Assembly: GCA_965203175.1 (NCBI GenBank)
Contig: OZ241867.1
Coordinates: 2,240,001 to 2,304,000, forward strand
From: Candidatus Latescibacterota bacterium
GTDB lineage: Bacteria; Latescibacterota; UBA2968; UBA8231
DNA: 64,000 nt
Direction of reading: 5' to 3'
A model generated the notes under the pieces. That model did not search any database, was not told the DNA's origin, and saw nothing but the letters and a program-made list of their open reading frames with translations. This document shows, piece after piece, positions 45,466-55,647 of this stretch. The position numbers and the translations under genes are program-made. Each line of letters opens with the position of its first letter. The first letter of the stretch is position 1.

Positions 45466-46977
45466 ATGTACAAGTTACTCTACATCCTGATCGCCCTGCC
45501 GTTGCTCGCCGGTTCAGCCCTAGGCGACAGCTACACTTGGATCGCCTCACCTGGGCGCGGCCAACTCGAACAGGATCCAACGCTGATTCCCAAGGGCAAG
45601 GGTTTTCTTTTTGTGCCGACGATGACCGGCTCCCTCAACGAGCCGAGCTTTCTCGTCTTACAGGGCAACAAACCCATCCGCGAAGCCTCCCCCGGCACCG
45701 GCGTGTTGCTATCACCCGGCAACTACAAATTGCTGGTCGGCTCGGGCACGGACCTCCAGATGATGATCCGCACCGTGCCAATCCAAGAGGGCATGACGAC
45801 GCTAGTAAAGCCCTTCTGGGCCGGACTAGTCATCAATGTCATGTCCGAGAACCGCGCATCGATCAACGAATCCTATGAACTGTACCGGGAGTCCTCGCAG
45901 GAAAACTACGGCCTCGGCTTCGGTGTCGAGGAGGAGCGAGGCGAGGCGGTCAAAACTTGGCTCCTGCCCCCAGGCGTTTACTCGGTAGTGCGACTAGGCG
46001 ACAACGTATCAACCACCCGCAAGTTCAGCGTCCGCTTGGAGCCGGGCGAGTTGGTCCAGCGCAATCTAATAGTGGATACCAAGGACAATACCTTCATCGG
46101 CTTCTACCCTCCGGCTCAGTATGGACTCCTCACTCAAGTAGTTGATTCGCGCTGGAAGACCTCCTTACAGCTAAGCGGCTCGCCTCAGTTGTCCACCTCG
46201 CAGAATACCACCGGCGCAGATCGCTCGATCCTCTTGCTTTCTGCTGAGGTCATCGGCAGCAGCGTCTATAACACGGACCGCCACTACGCCAATCTGCGGC
46301 TGGACTTTGAAGAGGGCTTCACCCGCAAGGAGGGCGACGACTTCCAGATTCTCGACGACAAGTTCGAGGTCCGCGCTACGTATATCTACCGGCTTTCCAA
46401 GCGAATCGGCCCCTATTTGCGCGGGGTGTTCAACACCAAGCTATTCGCTGAAGAGGAGCGCTTCGAAAAGCCGAAAGACCTTCTGGTCCGCATCAGAGAC
46501 CGGATCGAGCCCATGACGGGCATTAGCAAATTTACCCTCTCTCCGCCCTTCAGTCCCCTCGAACTGCGCCAGGGAATCGGCATCAACTCCCAGGTCATCA
46601 GCAGCTTTCCCCTGAACCTCGACATGCGCGTTGGTTTTGGGGCGCGCCAGACTTACGTTACCGACTCCTTCACTCTTGAGCCATATGCCGACCGCACTAT
46701 TGCCCGCAAGTTGGAGGACAAGACCTCCACCGGCTTGGAGGCCGTGCTGCTCCTCCGGTCGCGTTTTTCGCGCTTTCCCAGCTTGGATTCGGAGTTTGAC
46801 CTCCTTATCCCGAAGACAGCTACCGATACTTGGGAATTCACTTGGGAAAACAGCTTGCGCTTGCCGCTTAGTCGCTTCGTCAACGTGGTCGTCCTCTTCG
46901 ACTTCAAGCGCAAGCCTCCACTACAGCGGCTGCAATCTGAGCAACAGGTCCTGCTGCGTCTGAACTATTTGCTATGA
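45466..46977 (+). CDS. Exported protein, probable C-terminal outer-membrane beta-barrel
   Basis: Signal peptide; alternating amphipathic strands in the C-half ending VLLRLNYLL. Confidence 0.65.
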   Translation: MYKLLYILIALPLLAGSALGDSYTWIASPGRGQLEQDPTLIPKGKGFLFVPTMTGSLNEPSFLVLQGNKPIREASPGTGVLLSPGNYKLLVGSGTDLQMMIRTVPIQEGMTTLVKPFWAGLVINVMSENRASINESYELYRESSQENYGLGFGVEEERGEAVKTWLLPPGVYSVVRLGDNVSTTRKFSVRLEPGELVQRNLIVDTKDNTFIGFYPPAQYGLLTQVVDSRWKTSLQLSGSPQLSTSQNTTGADRSILLLSAEVIGSSVYNTDRHYANLRLDFEEGFTRKEGDDFQILDDKFEVRATYIYRLSKRIGPYLRGVFNTKLFAEEERFEKPKDLLVRIRDRIEPMTGISKFTLSPPFSPLELRQGIGINSQVISSFPLNLDMRVGFGARQTYVTDSFTLEPYADRTIARKLEDKTSTGLEAVLLLRSRFSRFPSLDSEFDLLIPKTATDTWEFTWENSLRLPLSRFVNVVVLFDFKRKPPLQRLQSEQQVLLRLNYLL

Positions 46978-48068
46978 CTTGGGTGCAGAGCGACGAACAG
47001 GGGATCGCGCTCGGGGGTGCGCTTTCGCTACAGACCATCGGCGAGCTCGCTCCCCAAGTCCGCAATCTCATCGCTGAACACCCGCGCTCCGCGCTCCGCG
47101 CTGACTTGCGCCAAGTCGAACACCTCGACACTGCGGGGGCCGTCTTCCTGCGCGGCTTGCCCGACCTCGCCCGCTCCTTGGACAAGGAACTCCGCCTCGA
47201 TGGGCTGCCTGCTCACTTGCAGCCCGTTTTCGACTTTGCCTCGCCCGCGCCGCCGTCCGCGCCGTCCGCGCCGTCTCGCGTCGCTCTTGAACGCCTCGGC
47301 GCGTGGGTCCGTGCTCATGGCGTCCGCGCCGCCGACTTTTGCTACTTGATGTCCGACCTGACCTTTTTCTCGGTTAGCGCCTTGTTCCGCCGCGATCAGA
47401 TTCGCCGGGGCAGCTTTGGCGAGCAAGCGTACGCGATTGGCGCGCAGGCCCTGCAGATCGTCGGGCTGATCCTCTTTCTCGTCGGCGCGGTTTCGGCCCT
47501 CCAGTCCGCGGCTCAACTCCGCCAGTTCGGGGCCGATATTTTCGTCGCCAACCTGCTGGGCATTGGCCTGACTCGCGAGTTGGGGCCGCTGATGACCGCG
47601 ATTATGGTGTCTGGCCGCTCTGGGTCGGCCATTGCTGCGGAGATCGCCACCATGAAGTTCACCGAGGAATTGGACGCCCTGCAGACTATGGGAATTGATC
47701 CGCTGCGCTTTGTGGTGGTGCCCAAGCTGTGGGCCATGGTCGTCTGCATGCCGCTTCTGACGATCATGGCCAACTTCGTTGGCATCCTCGGCGGCACCTT
47801 TATCGGCGTGGTGTCGCTAGACATCCCAGCTACTGTGTTTCTCAACCAAGTCTTCTCGTCGCTCTTTCTCAAGGATTTGCTCACTGGGCTGGTCAAAAGC
47901 GCGTCCTTTGCGTGGCTTATCACGATCATCTCGGTTTACCACGGCCTCAATTTCAGCGGCGGAGCCGAGGGCGTCGGTCGGGCGACGACTTCCGCGGTCG
48001 TGTCATCGCTGTTTGGTATCATTATCCTCGACGCCTTCTGGGGCATTGTCTTCTACCTCAAATGGTGA
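46974..48068 (+). CDS. mlaE: MlaE family permease with N-terminal STAS domain
   Basis: VEHLDTAG (STAS); RELGPLMTAIMVSGRSGSAIAAEIATMKFTEELDAL; GVGRATTSAVV. Confidence 0.92.
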   Translation: MTWVQSDEQGIALGGALSLQTIGELAPQVRNLIAEHPRSALRADLRQVEHLDTAGAVFLRGLPDLARSLDKELRLDGLPAHLQPVFDFASPAPPSAPSAPSRVALERLGAWVRAHGVRAADFCYLMSDLTFFSVSALFRRDQIRRGSFGEQAYAIGAQALQIVGLILFLVGAVSALQSAAQLRQFGADIFVANLLGIGLTRELGPLMTAIMVSGRSGSAIAAEIATMKFTEELDALQTMGIDPLRFVVVPKLWAMVVCMPLLTIMANFVGILGGTFIGVVSLDIPATVFLNQVFSSLFLKDLLTGLVKSASFAWLITIISVYHGLNFSGGAEGVGRATTSAVVSSLFGIIILDAFWGIVFYLKW

Positions 48069-48808
48069 CTCGCGTTATCGACATCCAAGATCTCTGCGTG
48101 TCCTACGGCGAGACCACCGTTCTGTGCGGGATTGACGCGCACGTAGATGAGGGGGAAATCGCCGTCGTGCTCGGTGGCAGTGGCTGCGGCAAGAGCACCT
48201 TGCTCAAGGCGACCATTGGCTTAGTGCAACCTGCCTCGGGCCGCGTTGAAGTCCTCGGCCAAGACGCGACGGTCCTCGGCGAGGAGGAGTTAGCGGCCCT
48301 GCGCAAGCGGCTAGGCGTGATGTTCCAATACGGCGCGCTGCTCAATTCGTTGACGGTTGAGCAAAACGTCGCCCTGCCCTTGGAAATGCACACGGACCTA
48401 GAGCGATCCTTGATTGGGGAGATTGCGCGCACCCGCCTTGCTTCGGTGGGCTTAGGGCACGCCTGCGAGCACTTTCCCGGCGAGCTGTCGGGTGGGATGC
48501 GCAAGCGCGCCGCTCTCGCGCGGGCCATGGTCATGGACCCGGAGATTCTCTTTTGCGACGAGCCGGGTGCGGGCCTCGACCCGGTCACCGCCGCCGAGAT
48601 CGACGCGCTGCTCCTCACGCTCAACCGCGAGTTGGGCATCACTATCGCCATTATCACCCACGAGCTACTCAGCATCGAACGGCTCGACGGCCGTCTCATC
48701 ATGCTGGACCAAGGCCGAGTGGCATTTACCGGCACGGTCGCCGAGGCCAAGCGCGCGGATCACCCGGTCGTCCGCTCTTTCTTTTACCCGTCCGATTCGT
48801 CCGCATGA
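48062..48808 (+). CDS. mlaF: MlaF family ABC ATPase
   Basis: GGSGCGKST, LSGGMRKRAALARA, DEPGAGLDP. Confidence 0.92.
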   Translation: MVTRVIDIQDLCVSYGETTVLCGIDAHVDEGEIAVVLGGSGCGKSTLLKATIGLVQPASGRVEVLGQDATVLGEEELAALRKRLGVMFQYGALLNSLTVEQNVALPLEMHTDLERSLIGEIARTRLASVGLGHACEHFPGELSGGMRKRAALARAMVMDPEILFCDEPGAGLDPVTAAEIDALLLTLNRELGITIAIITHELLSIERLDGRLIMLDQGRVAFTGTVAEAKRADHPVVRSFFYPSDSSA

Positions 48809-49281
48809 AAACCATTATCATCGCCGCCCTGAGCGAGAACAGGGTCATTGGCCGCGACAACGCCATCCCGTGGCACTACCCAGCCGACATGAAGCACTTT
48901 CGCCGCGTCACGCGGGGCCACGCGGTCGTGGCTGGCCGCAAGACCTACGAGACTTTTCAGACGCGCCCCTTGCCACAGCGCCGCAACTTCGTCCTCACCC
49001 GAAATCTGGACTACGCGGTCGCCGAGGGCGTAGTTGTCTGCGCGAGTTTGGCCGAGGTTTTGCAGCGCGCCCGCGCTTGCGGCAGCGAAAAACTCTTCGT
49101 GCTCGGGGGTGCCCAAGTCTATGAGCAGGCCCTGTCCTTGGCCGACGAAATGATTCTGACGCATTTGCCCATCGAAGTCGAGGGCGACGCGTACTTTCCG
49201 GCGTGGGAAGAAGGCGAATGGGAGGTGGTGGAAAGGCGCAGCGAAGGCGAGCTGGTCTTTGCGACGTATCGCCACTGCTGA
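48805..49281 (+). CDS. folA: Dihydrofolate reductase
   Basis: IIAALSENRVIGRDNAIPWHYPADMKHFR, GRKTYE, RPLPQRRN, GGAQVY, GDAYFP. Confidence 0.95.
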   Translation: MKTIIIAALSENRVIGRDNAIPWHYPADMKHFRRVTRGHAVVAGRKTYETFQTRPLPQRRNFVLTRNLDYAVAEGVVVCASLAEVLQRARACGSEKLFVLGGAQVYEQALSLADEMILTHLPIEVEGDAYFPAWEEGEWEVVERRSEGELVFATYRHC

Positions 49282-49375
49282 GGAGGTGCATAAAACCCGT
49301 CTTTGGGGTTTGATTATAAGGACGGGCGGTGTACATTCACCTCTTTAAGTTACTTTATCGGGAGAGGAGACCATC

Positions 49376-50116
49376 ATGAAACGCAGCTTTTCTTTTTTAT
49401 ACGTCCTAATCCTGTGGGCTTTGCCCGCCGCTGGCCAGGACGGCCTACTGGGCACTTGGGAAGTTATTGAAGAAGGAGTCGTCGAGTTGACCAGCGTCGA
49501 AGAAGACGGCACCCTCCATCGCCAAACGCTAGAGGGCGAAACCTCTCTCCGGGCCACCTTTGCAGAAGACAACTCCTGCCAACTTGACATTAAGATGCGC
49601 TTCGACGACGCCGAATACTTCTCGGGGTTGTTCTTCGACGACGATTTAGTGCGTTTAGTGAAAATCGCCACCGCAGTGGATTCGATCACTAGCGACTGGC
49701 TGGGCACCTGGCGTCAGCGAGTTACTGATGCACTCGCAAGGCAGCATGTGGATTCGATGACTCTTGTCTGGCTGGGTACCTATAGCACCGAGGGCAACAG
49801 CTTGCGGATGGATTTTGACGACGCTGCCCTGTACTTGGGCGATACTGAGGCTGTTGAGTTCTTTAGCGATTTCTTTGCTGAGGTACTCGGCTCGGACGAG
49901 CTCCCTGACGACTTAGTGGAAGAGATTACTTCCCATTTCGGCGGTCCGCCTGAACGGAAACAGACTATCGCCGCTAATATCTCAAGCGACAGCGGCAATC
50001 TCGTCTTCTCTTTCCCAGATCCAGACGGCTCTGTCAACACCTTTGAGCTTACCCGCATCTCTACCCCCACAGCCGTGGCCCCCATCAGTTGGGGAGAACT
50101 AAAAGACAGATGGTAG
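49376..50116 (+). CDS. Secreted hypothetical protein with C-terminal TAVAPISWGELK motif
   Basis: Signal peptide MKRSFSFLYVLILWALPAAG; SD GAGGAG. Confidence 0.8.
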   Translation: MKRSFSFLYVLILWALPAAGQDGLLGTWEVIEEGVVELTSVEEDGTLHRQTLEGETSLRATFAEDNSCQLDIKMRFDDAEYFSGLFFDDDLVRLVKIATAVDSITSDWLGTWRQRVTDALARQHVDSMTLVWLGTYSTEGNSLRMDFDDAALYLGDTEAVEFFSDFFAEVLGSDELPDDLVEEITSHFGGPPERKQTIAANISSDSGNLVFSFPDPDGSVNTFELTRISTPTAVAPISWGELKDRW

Positions 50117-50124
50117 TATAACGC

Positions 50125-51309
50125 ATGTTCAAACAATTAACGATGGCGCCGGCCGACCCCATCATGGGGCTAAGCGCGGCGTTTAAGAGCAACGAGAATC
50201 CAAACAAAATCAACCTCAGCGTCGGCGTCTATCAGGATGCGAGCGGTCAGACGCCGGTTTTGGCTTCAGTGCAAACGGCGCAAGAGCGCGTCTTGGCTGC
50301 GGAAAAGACCAAGAGCTATTTGAGCATTGAGGGCAGTTCGGAATACGGTGCTGCCGTGCGGGAGCTGATTTTGGGCGTCGGGCACGAGGCGGCCGGGCGC
50401 GCCATCACCGTGCAAAGTCCCGGCGGCACCGGAGCCTTGCGCCTAGCCGGCGATTTCCTCGCCCAACACCTAGGCGACCGGCCCGTGTGGATAAGCGAGC
50501 CGACTTGGGCCAATCACCCCAGGATTTTTGCCTCGGCCGGCCTACAGGTCGAGACCTATCCCTATTTCGACGCCGGTGTCAATAGCATAGACGCCAGTGC
50601 CTTGCTCGCCGCGCTCGGGCAAATTCCCGCCGGCCACGTGGTGCTGCTGCACGGCTGTTGCCACAATCCCACCGGCTGCGACCCAACCCCGGACACTTGG
50701 CGGCAGATCGCTGAGGTCGTCGCCGAGCGCGGTCTGCTGCCCTTAGTCGATTTTGCCTATCAGGGGTTCGGCGACGGGTTGGACGAGGACGCGACTGGCC
50801 TGCGGGCAATCTGCGACACGGGCTGCGAGTTGCTCGTGGCCAGTTCCTTTTCCAAAAACTTCGGCCTGTACAACGAGCGCGTCGGCGCCCTGACTTTGAT
50901 CGGCGCGGACGCGGACACCGCGGAAAGAGCCTTGAGCCACCTCAAAATCGCCGCGCGCACCAGTTACTCCAATCCCCCGGCCCACGGCGCGGCCATGGTC
51001 TGCGAAATCCTCGGCGACGCGGTGCTCCGCCGCCAATGGGAAGGCGAATTGGCCCAGATGCGCGAGCGGATCAATCGCGTGCGCCAACGGCTCGTCGCGC
51101 GGCTCAGCGAGCAGGGCGTGGAGCGCGACTTTTCGTTTATCGAGCGGCAGCGGGGGATGTTCTCTTTTTCGGGCTTGAACGCCGAGCAGGTCGAGGTGCT
51201 GCGGGAACAGTACGCGATCTACATCGTAGCGGGAGGGCGCATCAATGTCGCCGGCCTGACCGAGGACAACCTCGATTACTTCTGCGCCTCGGTGGCCGCG
51301 GTCTTGTAG
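50125..51309 (+). CDS. aspC: Aspartate/aromatic amino acid aminotransferase
   Basis: APADPIMGL, GGTGALR, HGCCHNPTG, DFAYQGF, SFSKNFGLYNERVG. Confidence 0.93.
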   Translation: MFKQLTMAPADPIMGLSAAFKSNENPNKINLSVGVYQDASGQTPVLASVQTAQERVLAAEKTKSYLSIEGSSEYGAAVRELILGVGHEAAGRAITVQSPGGTGALRLAGDFLAQHLGDRPVWISEPTWANHPRIFASAGLQVETYPYFDAGVNSIDASALLAALGQIPAGHVVLLHGCCHNPTGCDPTPDTWRQIAEVVAERGLLPLVDFAYQGFGDGLDEDATGLRAICDTGCELLVASSFSKNFGLYNERVGALTLIGADADTAERALSHLKIAARTSYSNPPAHGAAMVCEILGDAVLRRQWEGELAQMRERINRVRQRLVARLSEQGVERDFSFIERQRGMFSFSGLNAEQVEVLREQYAIYIVAGGRINVAGLTEDNLDYFCASVAAVL

Positions 51310-52374
51310 CTATTGCACGGAAAAACTCAGGGCGCGCACTAACACTGGAGTGCCGGTGAGGATCTCCGCTTGGCTCGACAGAGTGCTGCCGTCGTCGTAC
51401 ACGATAGTCTCTGGCCTGCCTAAGGGAATATCCTCGTCGCCGCGCAAAACCGCGATGGGTTCGGGGCGCTGGAGAAATTCGATCAGGGCCTGATCGAGCA
51501 ATTCTAACCCGGTGAAGCGGTCGATTTGTCCCTCTCGGACAAGCGTGGCGAATTGCTCGTAGAACGGCGCGGCGTTTTCGGCCAATAGCTGCGGGCCGGC
51601 GAGGAAGTACAGGGTATAGACTTGATCGATCTCGTTGAAGGTGATCCAATTATTTTCCCCTGGACCGTATTGGACGATGTCCGAATAGACAAATTGTTCG
51701 TCAAACACGGTCTCTAACGCGCCGTCAGACCTGCACAGAAAGGCGTGGACCTCGGTGTCTCGGCTTAGCTTGAAGCGCAGTTGCATCTGGTCGCCTTGCT
51801 GCAATTGCACGCCCTCTGTTAGCTCGACGACCTGGTAGACGCCTCCTTCTTCGCGCTTGGTAATCAGGTGCAAATCCACTTCAATTGGACCATAGATCTT
51901 GCCAGTTCCGAGCTGACGCGAGGCGACCTCGTGGCGTACGTCCCGCTCCAAGACGTGGGCGGTGCGAACTGCCACTAGCTCGCCGCTGGTCCGCTCGACT
52001 AAAAACATCCGCACGTACATCCACGGGGCATCTGCTTCGAGCCGTCCGCCCAATGCGAGCGCGGCTTGTCCTCCTTGCTTGAGGCCCACCAATTCCTCGT
52101 CGCGCCACCGCTTTCCGGTCGTGTCCACCAACCCCACCGCGACTTTGGCCTTCATCAGCGCGGACAGCAAGTAGTCGTCGAGCACCTTGGTCTCCTCGGT
52201 CTGCACGCCAGCGGGGTCGCGCAAGCCCAGCCAGTCAACTTCGCTTTCTCGGGCCTCGGCGATTTCCACGAGGTCTTGGGCCGCAGCCGCCAGATGACGG
52301 CTTTGCTCGCGCCCGCCGATAAAGGGCACACAGCCGCCAAGCGAAAGAGTGAGTGCAATCACCAGGACAGTCAT
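51310..52374 (-). CDS. Hypothetical lipoprotein (possible DUF4384-like domain)
   Basis: Lipobox SLGGC; LQQGDQMQLRF segment. Confidence 0.65.
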   Translation of the reverse strand: MTVLVIALTLSLGGCVPFIGGREQSRHLAAAAQDLVEIAEARESEVDWLGLRDPAGVQTEETKVLDDYLLSALMKAKVAVGLVDTTGKRWRDEELVGLKQGGQAALALGGRLEADAPWMYVRMFLVERTSGELVAVRTAHVLERDVRHEVASRQLGTGKIYGPIEVDLHLITKREEGGVYQVVELTEGVQLQQGDQMQLRFKLSRDTEVHAFLCRSDGALETVFDEQFVYSDIVQYGPGENNWITFNEIDQVYTLYFLAGPQLLAENAAPFYEQFATLVREGQIDRFTGLELLDQALIEFLQRPEPIAVLRGDEDIPLGRPETIVYDDGSTLSSQAEILTGTPVLVRALSFSVQ

Positions 52375-52375
52375 A

Positions 52376-54085
52376 TCACTTCTCCAGCCGCCGCAAAACG
52401 GGCAACAGCATATCCTTGGCCACGCGCTCCCAACTCATCTTCTGGGCCGCGGCATATCCTTCGGCAAGCAACTTTTTGCGGCCGGTCGCGCCCGCGGATA
52501 ACTGGCTGGCCAAGGCGCTGGCCACCACCCGGCTTTGCACTGCTTCGGCCTGGGTGCATTCCCGCACTCCAAGCGGTTGGCTGGCTCGGTCGGCTTCGTC
52601 GAGTTGGGTATAGGCTCCCTCGATAAAGCCGCCCAATCCCACCTCGCCGGCTGCTTGGCGCACAAAGCCGCGGCAACCGCACACATCGCTGACCACGCTG
52701 ATGGTGCCAGAGCTCAAGCACTCGACTTGGGAAATGCCGAAAGGCTCGTAAATCGACTGCCCGAACTCCGCGTCGCTGCCCCGGCGCAAATCGGCAAACT
52801 CCGCATTGGCCGGCAGGAACGCGCCGCAGCTTTGCTGGTCCCATCCGAATTGGTTGACGAAAAGCGCCTTGATGGCGCGCGTGCGCGCATTAAAGGCGCG
52901 CACTAAAAGGTCGAATTTTAGCTCGCCGCTGCTGAGATCGCTCCCCCCCTCGCGATGGACCAGCGGCCAACCGTACGCGGCCATGCGCTGGACGTCTTCG
53001 GGATCGCGCCGGCCGGTCTCGGTCGCCAACGCGATAAACAGCGCCCGTTGCCCTCGTTCCCATAGGTGGTGATCGAGGTGTTCGAGCACCAGCAAATCGC
53101 GCCACAAGCCCTTGCTCTCGACTAGGCGAGCGACGTGCGTGAAGAGCAGATCTGGGGTCCAACCCAGGAGCGCGGATCCGCTGGTTTGGACTTTTTTCCG
53201 CGCCGCCTCCCGCTCGGCCGCGGACAACTCGGCGGCCGGCACTCCGTTATACACGAGATCGATGGGGCGGCTGGCGAATTCCGGCCCGAGAAAGCGCAGC
53301 TCCTCCACCACCCAATCGCCGACGGCGAGGACTGCGTCGAGACGCCAAGCTTGGCTGACGAGGGCGTGTTTGAAATAGCCGTCTTGCGGGCCAAATAATT
53401 CGTCGATGTACCGGCCGTTTGCGCGCGCTTGGCGCAGCGCATTGTAAAAGGCAATGTCGCGTCCGGGCCGCTCCTCCACCAAGGGCCGCACGGTGGCTAC
53501 TTCGTGCGCGTAGAACAGGGTCTTGCATGCCGCATCGCTCATCAGAGCCTTGAAGGTGGTGCCTAGCCCCATGAATTCATGTGCCAATAGCAAGAAGGGC
53601 GCGTCTCCGACTAGGGAGCGCACGGCCGCGAAACCCGGCTCGGCCAAACGCATGTATTGCTCGTATTCCCAATGCTGTTCGTAGCGGTGCGATTCGAGGC
53701 CGAATTGAAGGAATAGGTCGCGCTTGAATTCGTTTAGTCGCCGAGGCGGGCGGCTCACATCCACCAGCAGAACTTCTGGCGCGGCGCGGTGCCCGTCTTG
53801 GGTCAGCAAGCGCCGGCCATAGACCAAGCGCACGCCAAATTTCCGCTCGACCGCGCTGAGTTGGTCGGCGATGTCGGCGGCGCGGATGCTGCGGGTGGCG
53901 TCGTAGAGGATCTCGCCGTCCGGGCCGAGTGGTTGGGCACTGTCTGGATCGGTTAAGGGGCCGAGCAGGATGGTGCGCTGGCAATGGGTTTGGTAGCTGC
54001 GGGCGGTGATCAGGCCGCGCAGGACTGTGCCGATTCCACCGGCTTGCTGCACGGCTTCGTGCGTGACGTGGACGAGCGTGGCCAT
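52376..54085 (-). CDS. Glycosyltransferase, glycogen synthase (GT3)-like
   Basis: HEAVQQAGGIGTV, AHEFMG, VYNG, SIYEPFGIS. Confidence 0.75.
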   Translation of the reverse strand: MATLVHVTHEAVQQAGGIGTVLRGLITARSYQTHCQRTILLGPLTDPDSAQPLGPDGEILYDATRSIRAADIADQLSAVERKFGVRLVYGRRLLTQDGHRAAPEVLLVDVSRPPRRLNEFKRDLFLQFGLESHRYEQHWEYEQYMRLAEPGFAAVRSLVGDAPFLLLAHEFMGLGTTFKALMSDAACKTLFYAHEVATVRPLVEERPGRDIAFYNALRQARANGRYIDELFGPQDGYFKHALVSQAWRLDAVLAVGDWVVEELRFLGPEFASRPIDLVYNGVPAAELSAAEREAARKKVQTSGSALLGWTPDLLFTHVARLVESKGLWRDLLVLEHLDHHLWERGQRALFIALATETGRRDPEDVQRMAAYGWPLVHREGGSDLSSGELKFDLLVRAFNARTRAIKALFVNQFGWDQQSCGAFLPANAEFADLRRGSDAEFGQSIYEPFGISQVECLSSGTISVVSDVCGCRGFVRQAAGEVGLGGFIEGAYTQLDEADRASQPLGVRECTQAEAVQSRVVASALASQLSAGATGRKKLLAEGYAAAQKMSWERVAKDMLLPVLRRLEK

Positions 54086-54195
54086 ACTAAAAAACATAGA
54101 TCGCCGGGCATTTTCTGTCTAATGTCAGCGGTGCGGTTGGACTTTGCGTACATTTGCCATGCAGTGTAAATCAGCAACTTTTTTCTGGAAACAAA

Positions 54196-55065
54196 ATGGC
54201 CACAGATCACTCCGCTCCATTGCCTCCCGCCGGGTGTGACCAGCTCATCGACCTAGCCTTGCGGGAAGATCTCGGCGCTGTAGATGTAGAAGCCGATTTG
54301 ACCGCTGCTTGGACCGTGGCGAGCGATGCCGAGGCTCGCGCTCGCATCATCGCTCGCCAAGCTGGCGTCGTCGCGGGCATTGAGGTCGCCCGCGCGGTCT
54401 TCGCCCGTCTCGACCAGGACATTTCTGTGTGCGCCGAAGTCGCCGACGGGGACGAGGTCATGGAAGGCCAGACTCTCATCCGCTTGCAAGGCCGTGCACG
54501 CGCGCTATTGGCTGGGGAGCGCACCGCGCTCAATTTCCTGCAACAGCTTTCGGGCGTGGCCACTCTGACCCGGCGCTATGTGGAGGCCCTAAGCGGCACG
54601 GCTACGCGCATCACCGACACCCGCAAAACCACCCCGGGCTGGCGGCACTTACAGAAATGGGCCGTGCGCTTGGGCGGGGGCGTCAATCACCGCATGGGCC
54701 TGTACGACGCCGTACTGATCAAGGAAAACCACGCCGCTGCTGCGGGCGGCGTCCGCGCTGCCATCCGCGCGGCACGGGGCCAAGCAGCGCCGATCTACGT
54801 GGAAGCCGAAAATCTCGCGGAAGTCGAAGAGGCCCTCGCGGGCGGCCCGGACCGCATCCTGCTCGACAACATGGACGCGCCGACCCTGCGCCGGGCCGTA
54901 GCACTCATTCGCGCTGCCAATCCCGCCGTTGAGATTGAGGCCACCGGCGGTTATACCTTGGCAACCGTGCGCGAGGCCGCCGCCGCCGGTGTGGACCTCA
55001 TCTCGATCGGTGCCCTGACGCATTCGGCACCGGCGTTGGATCTGAGCATGCTTTTTGAGGGATAG
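54196..55065 (+). CDS. nadC: Nicotinate-nucleotide pyrophosphorylase (carboxylating)
   Basis: ERTALNFLQ, DTRKTTPG, NHRMGLYDAVLIKENH, ILLDNM, GALTHSA. Confidence 0.97.
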   Translation: MATDHSAPLPPAGCDQLIDLALREDLGAVDVEADLTAAWTVASDAEARARIIARQAGVVAGIEVARAVFARLDQDISVCAEVADGDEVMEGQTLIRLQGRARALLAGERTALNFLQQLSGVATLTRRYVEALSGTATRITDTRKTTPGWRHLQKWAVRLGGGVNHRMGLYDAVLIKENHAAAAGGVRAAIRAARGQAAPIYVEAENLAEVEEALAGGPDRILLDNMDAPTLRRAVALIRAANPAVEIEATGGYTLATVREAAAAGVDLISIGALTHSAPALDLSMLFEG

Positions 55066-55080
55066 GAGTGACCGGATAAT

Positions 55081-55554
55081 CTAATCGTCCCGCCACTTGC
55101 AGTAGGGATTGCGCACGAGGTTGGCGTTGTAATAGCGCGGATCGTCCGATACTTCGACGCCGGCCCAAGGAGGTTTCTCCACGATTTCTTCTTGGCTGCT
55201 CAGTTCGACTTCGGCGAGTACCAATCCCTCGTTTTCTCCAGAAAATACGTCGATGGTCCAGATCTTGTCTGCCCAAGGCAAGGTATAGCGCGTCTTTTCG
55301 ATGTGTGGCTGCTGGCACAGGGTTGCTAGGATGCTCTCGGCGTCTTGGCGCGGGATTTCGTATTCGTACTCGCGGCGCGCGATGCCGCTATTCTGACCCT
55401 TGAGCGTGAGCACCGCCCGTTCGCCCTCGATCCGCACGCGTACTACGCCGCCGTCTTGGCTGGGAATGTAGCCCTGCCGAAAGGCGACGCCTTCTAGGCG
55501 GTCGAGGCAAGAGAGATCGGTGACGAGGTACTTACGCTCGATTTCCCAGGACAT
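55081..55554 (-). CDS. CYTH domain protein
   Basis: EIERKYLV, REYEYEIP, IEKTRY, LAEVEL, EVSDDPRYYN. Confidence 0.93.
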   Translation of the reverse strand: MSWEIERKYLVTDLSCLDRLEGVAFRQGYIPSQDGGVVRVRIEGERAVLTLKGQNSGIARREYEYEIPRQDAESILATLCQQPHIEKTRYTLPWADKIWTIDVFSGENEGLVLAEVELSSQEEIVEKPPWAGVEVSDDPRYYNANLVRNPYCKWRDD

Positions 55555-55557
55555 CGT

Positions 55558-55635
55558 TTAGGCGGAAGCGGCGCGGTTGAGGGAGTCGATCATTCGATCC
55601 TTGCCTTCCGTCCCACATACTACCGATATGGTCAT
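55558..55635 (-). CDS. 25-aa small ORF with strong SD (possible deletion scar)
   Basis: TAAGGAG-N7-ATG; MTISVVCGTEGKDRMIDSLNRAASA; stop lies 3 nt before the CYTH start. Confidence 0.4.
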   Translation of the reverse strand: MTISVVCGTEGKDRMIDSLNRAASA

Positions 55636-55647
55636 GGCGTGTACTCC

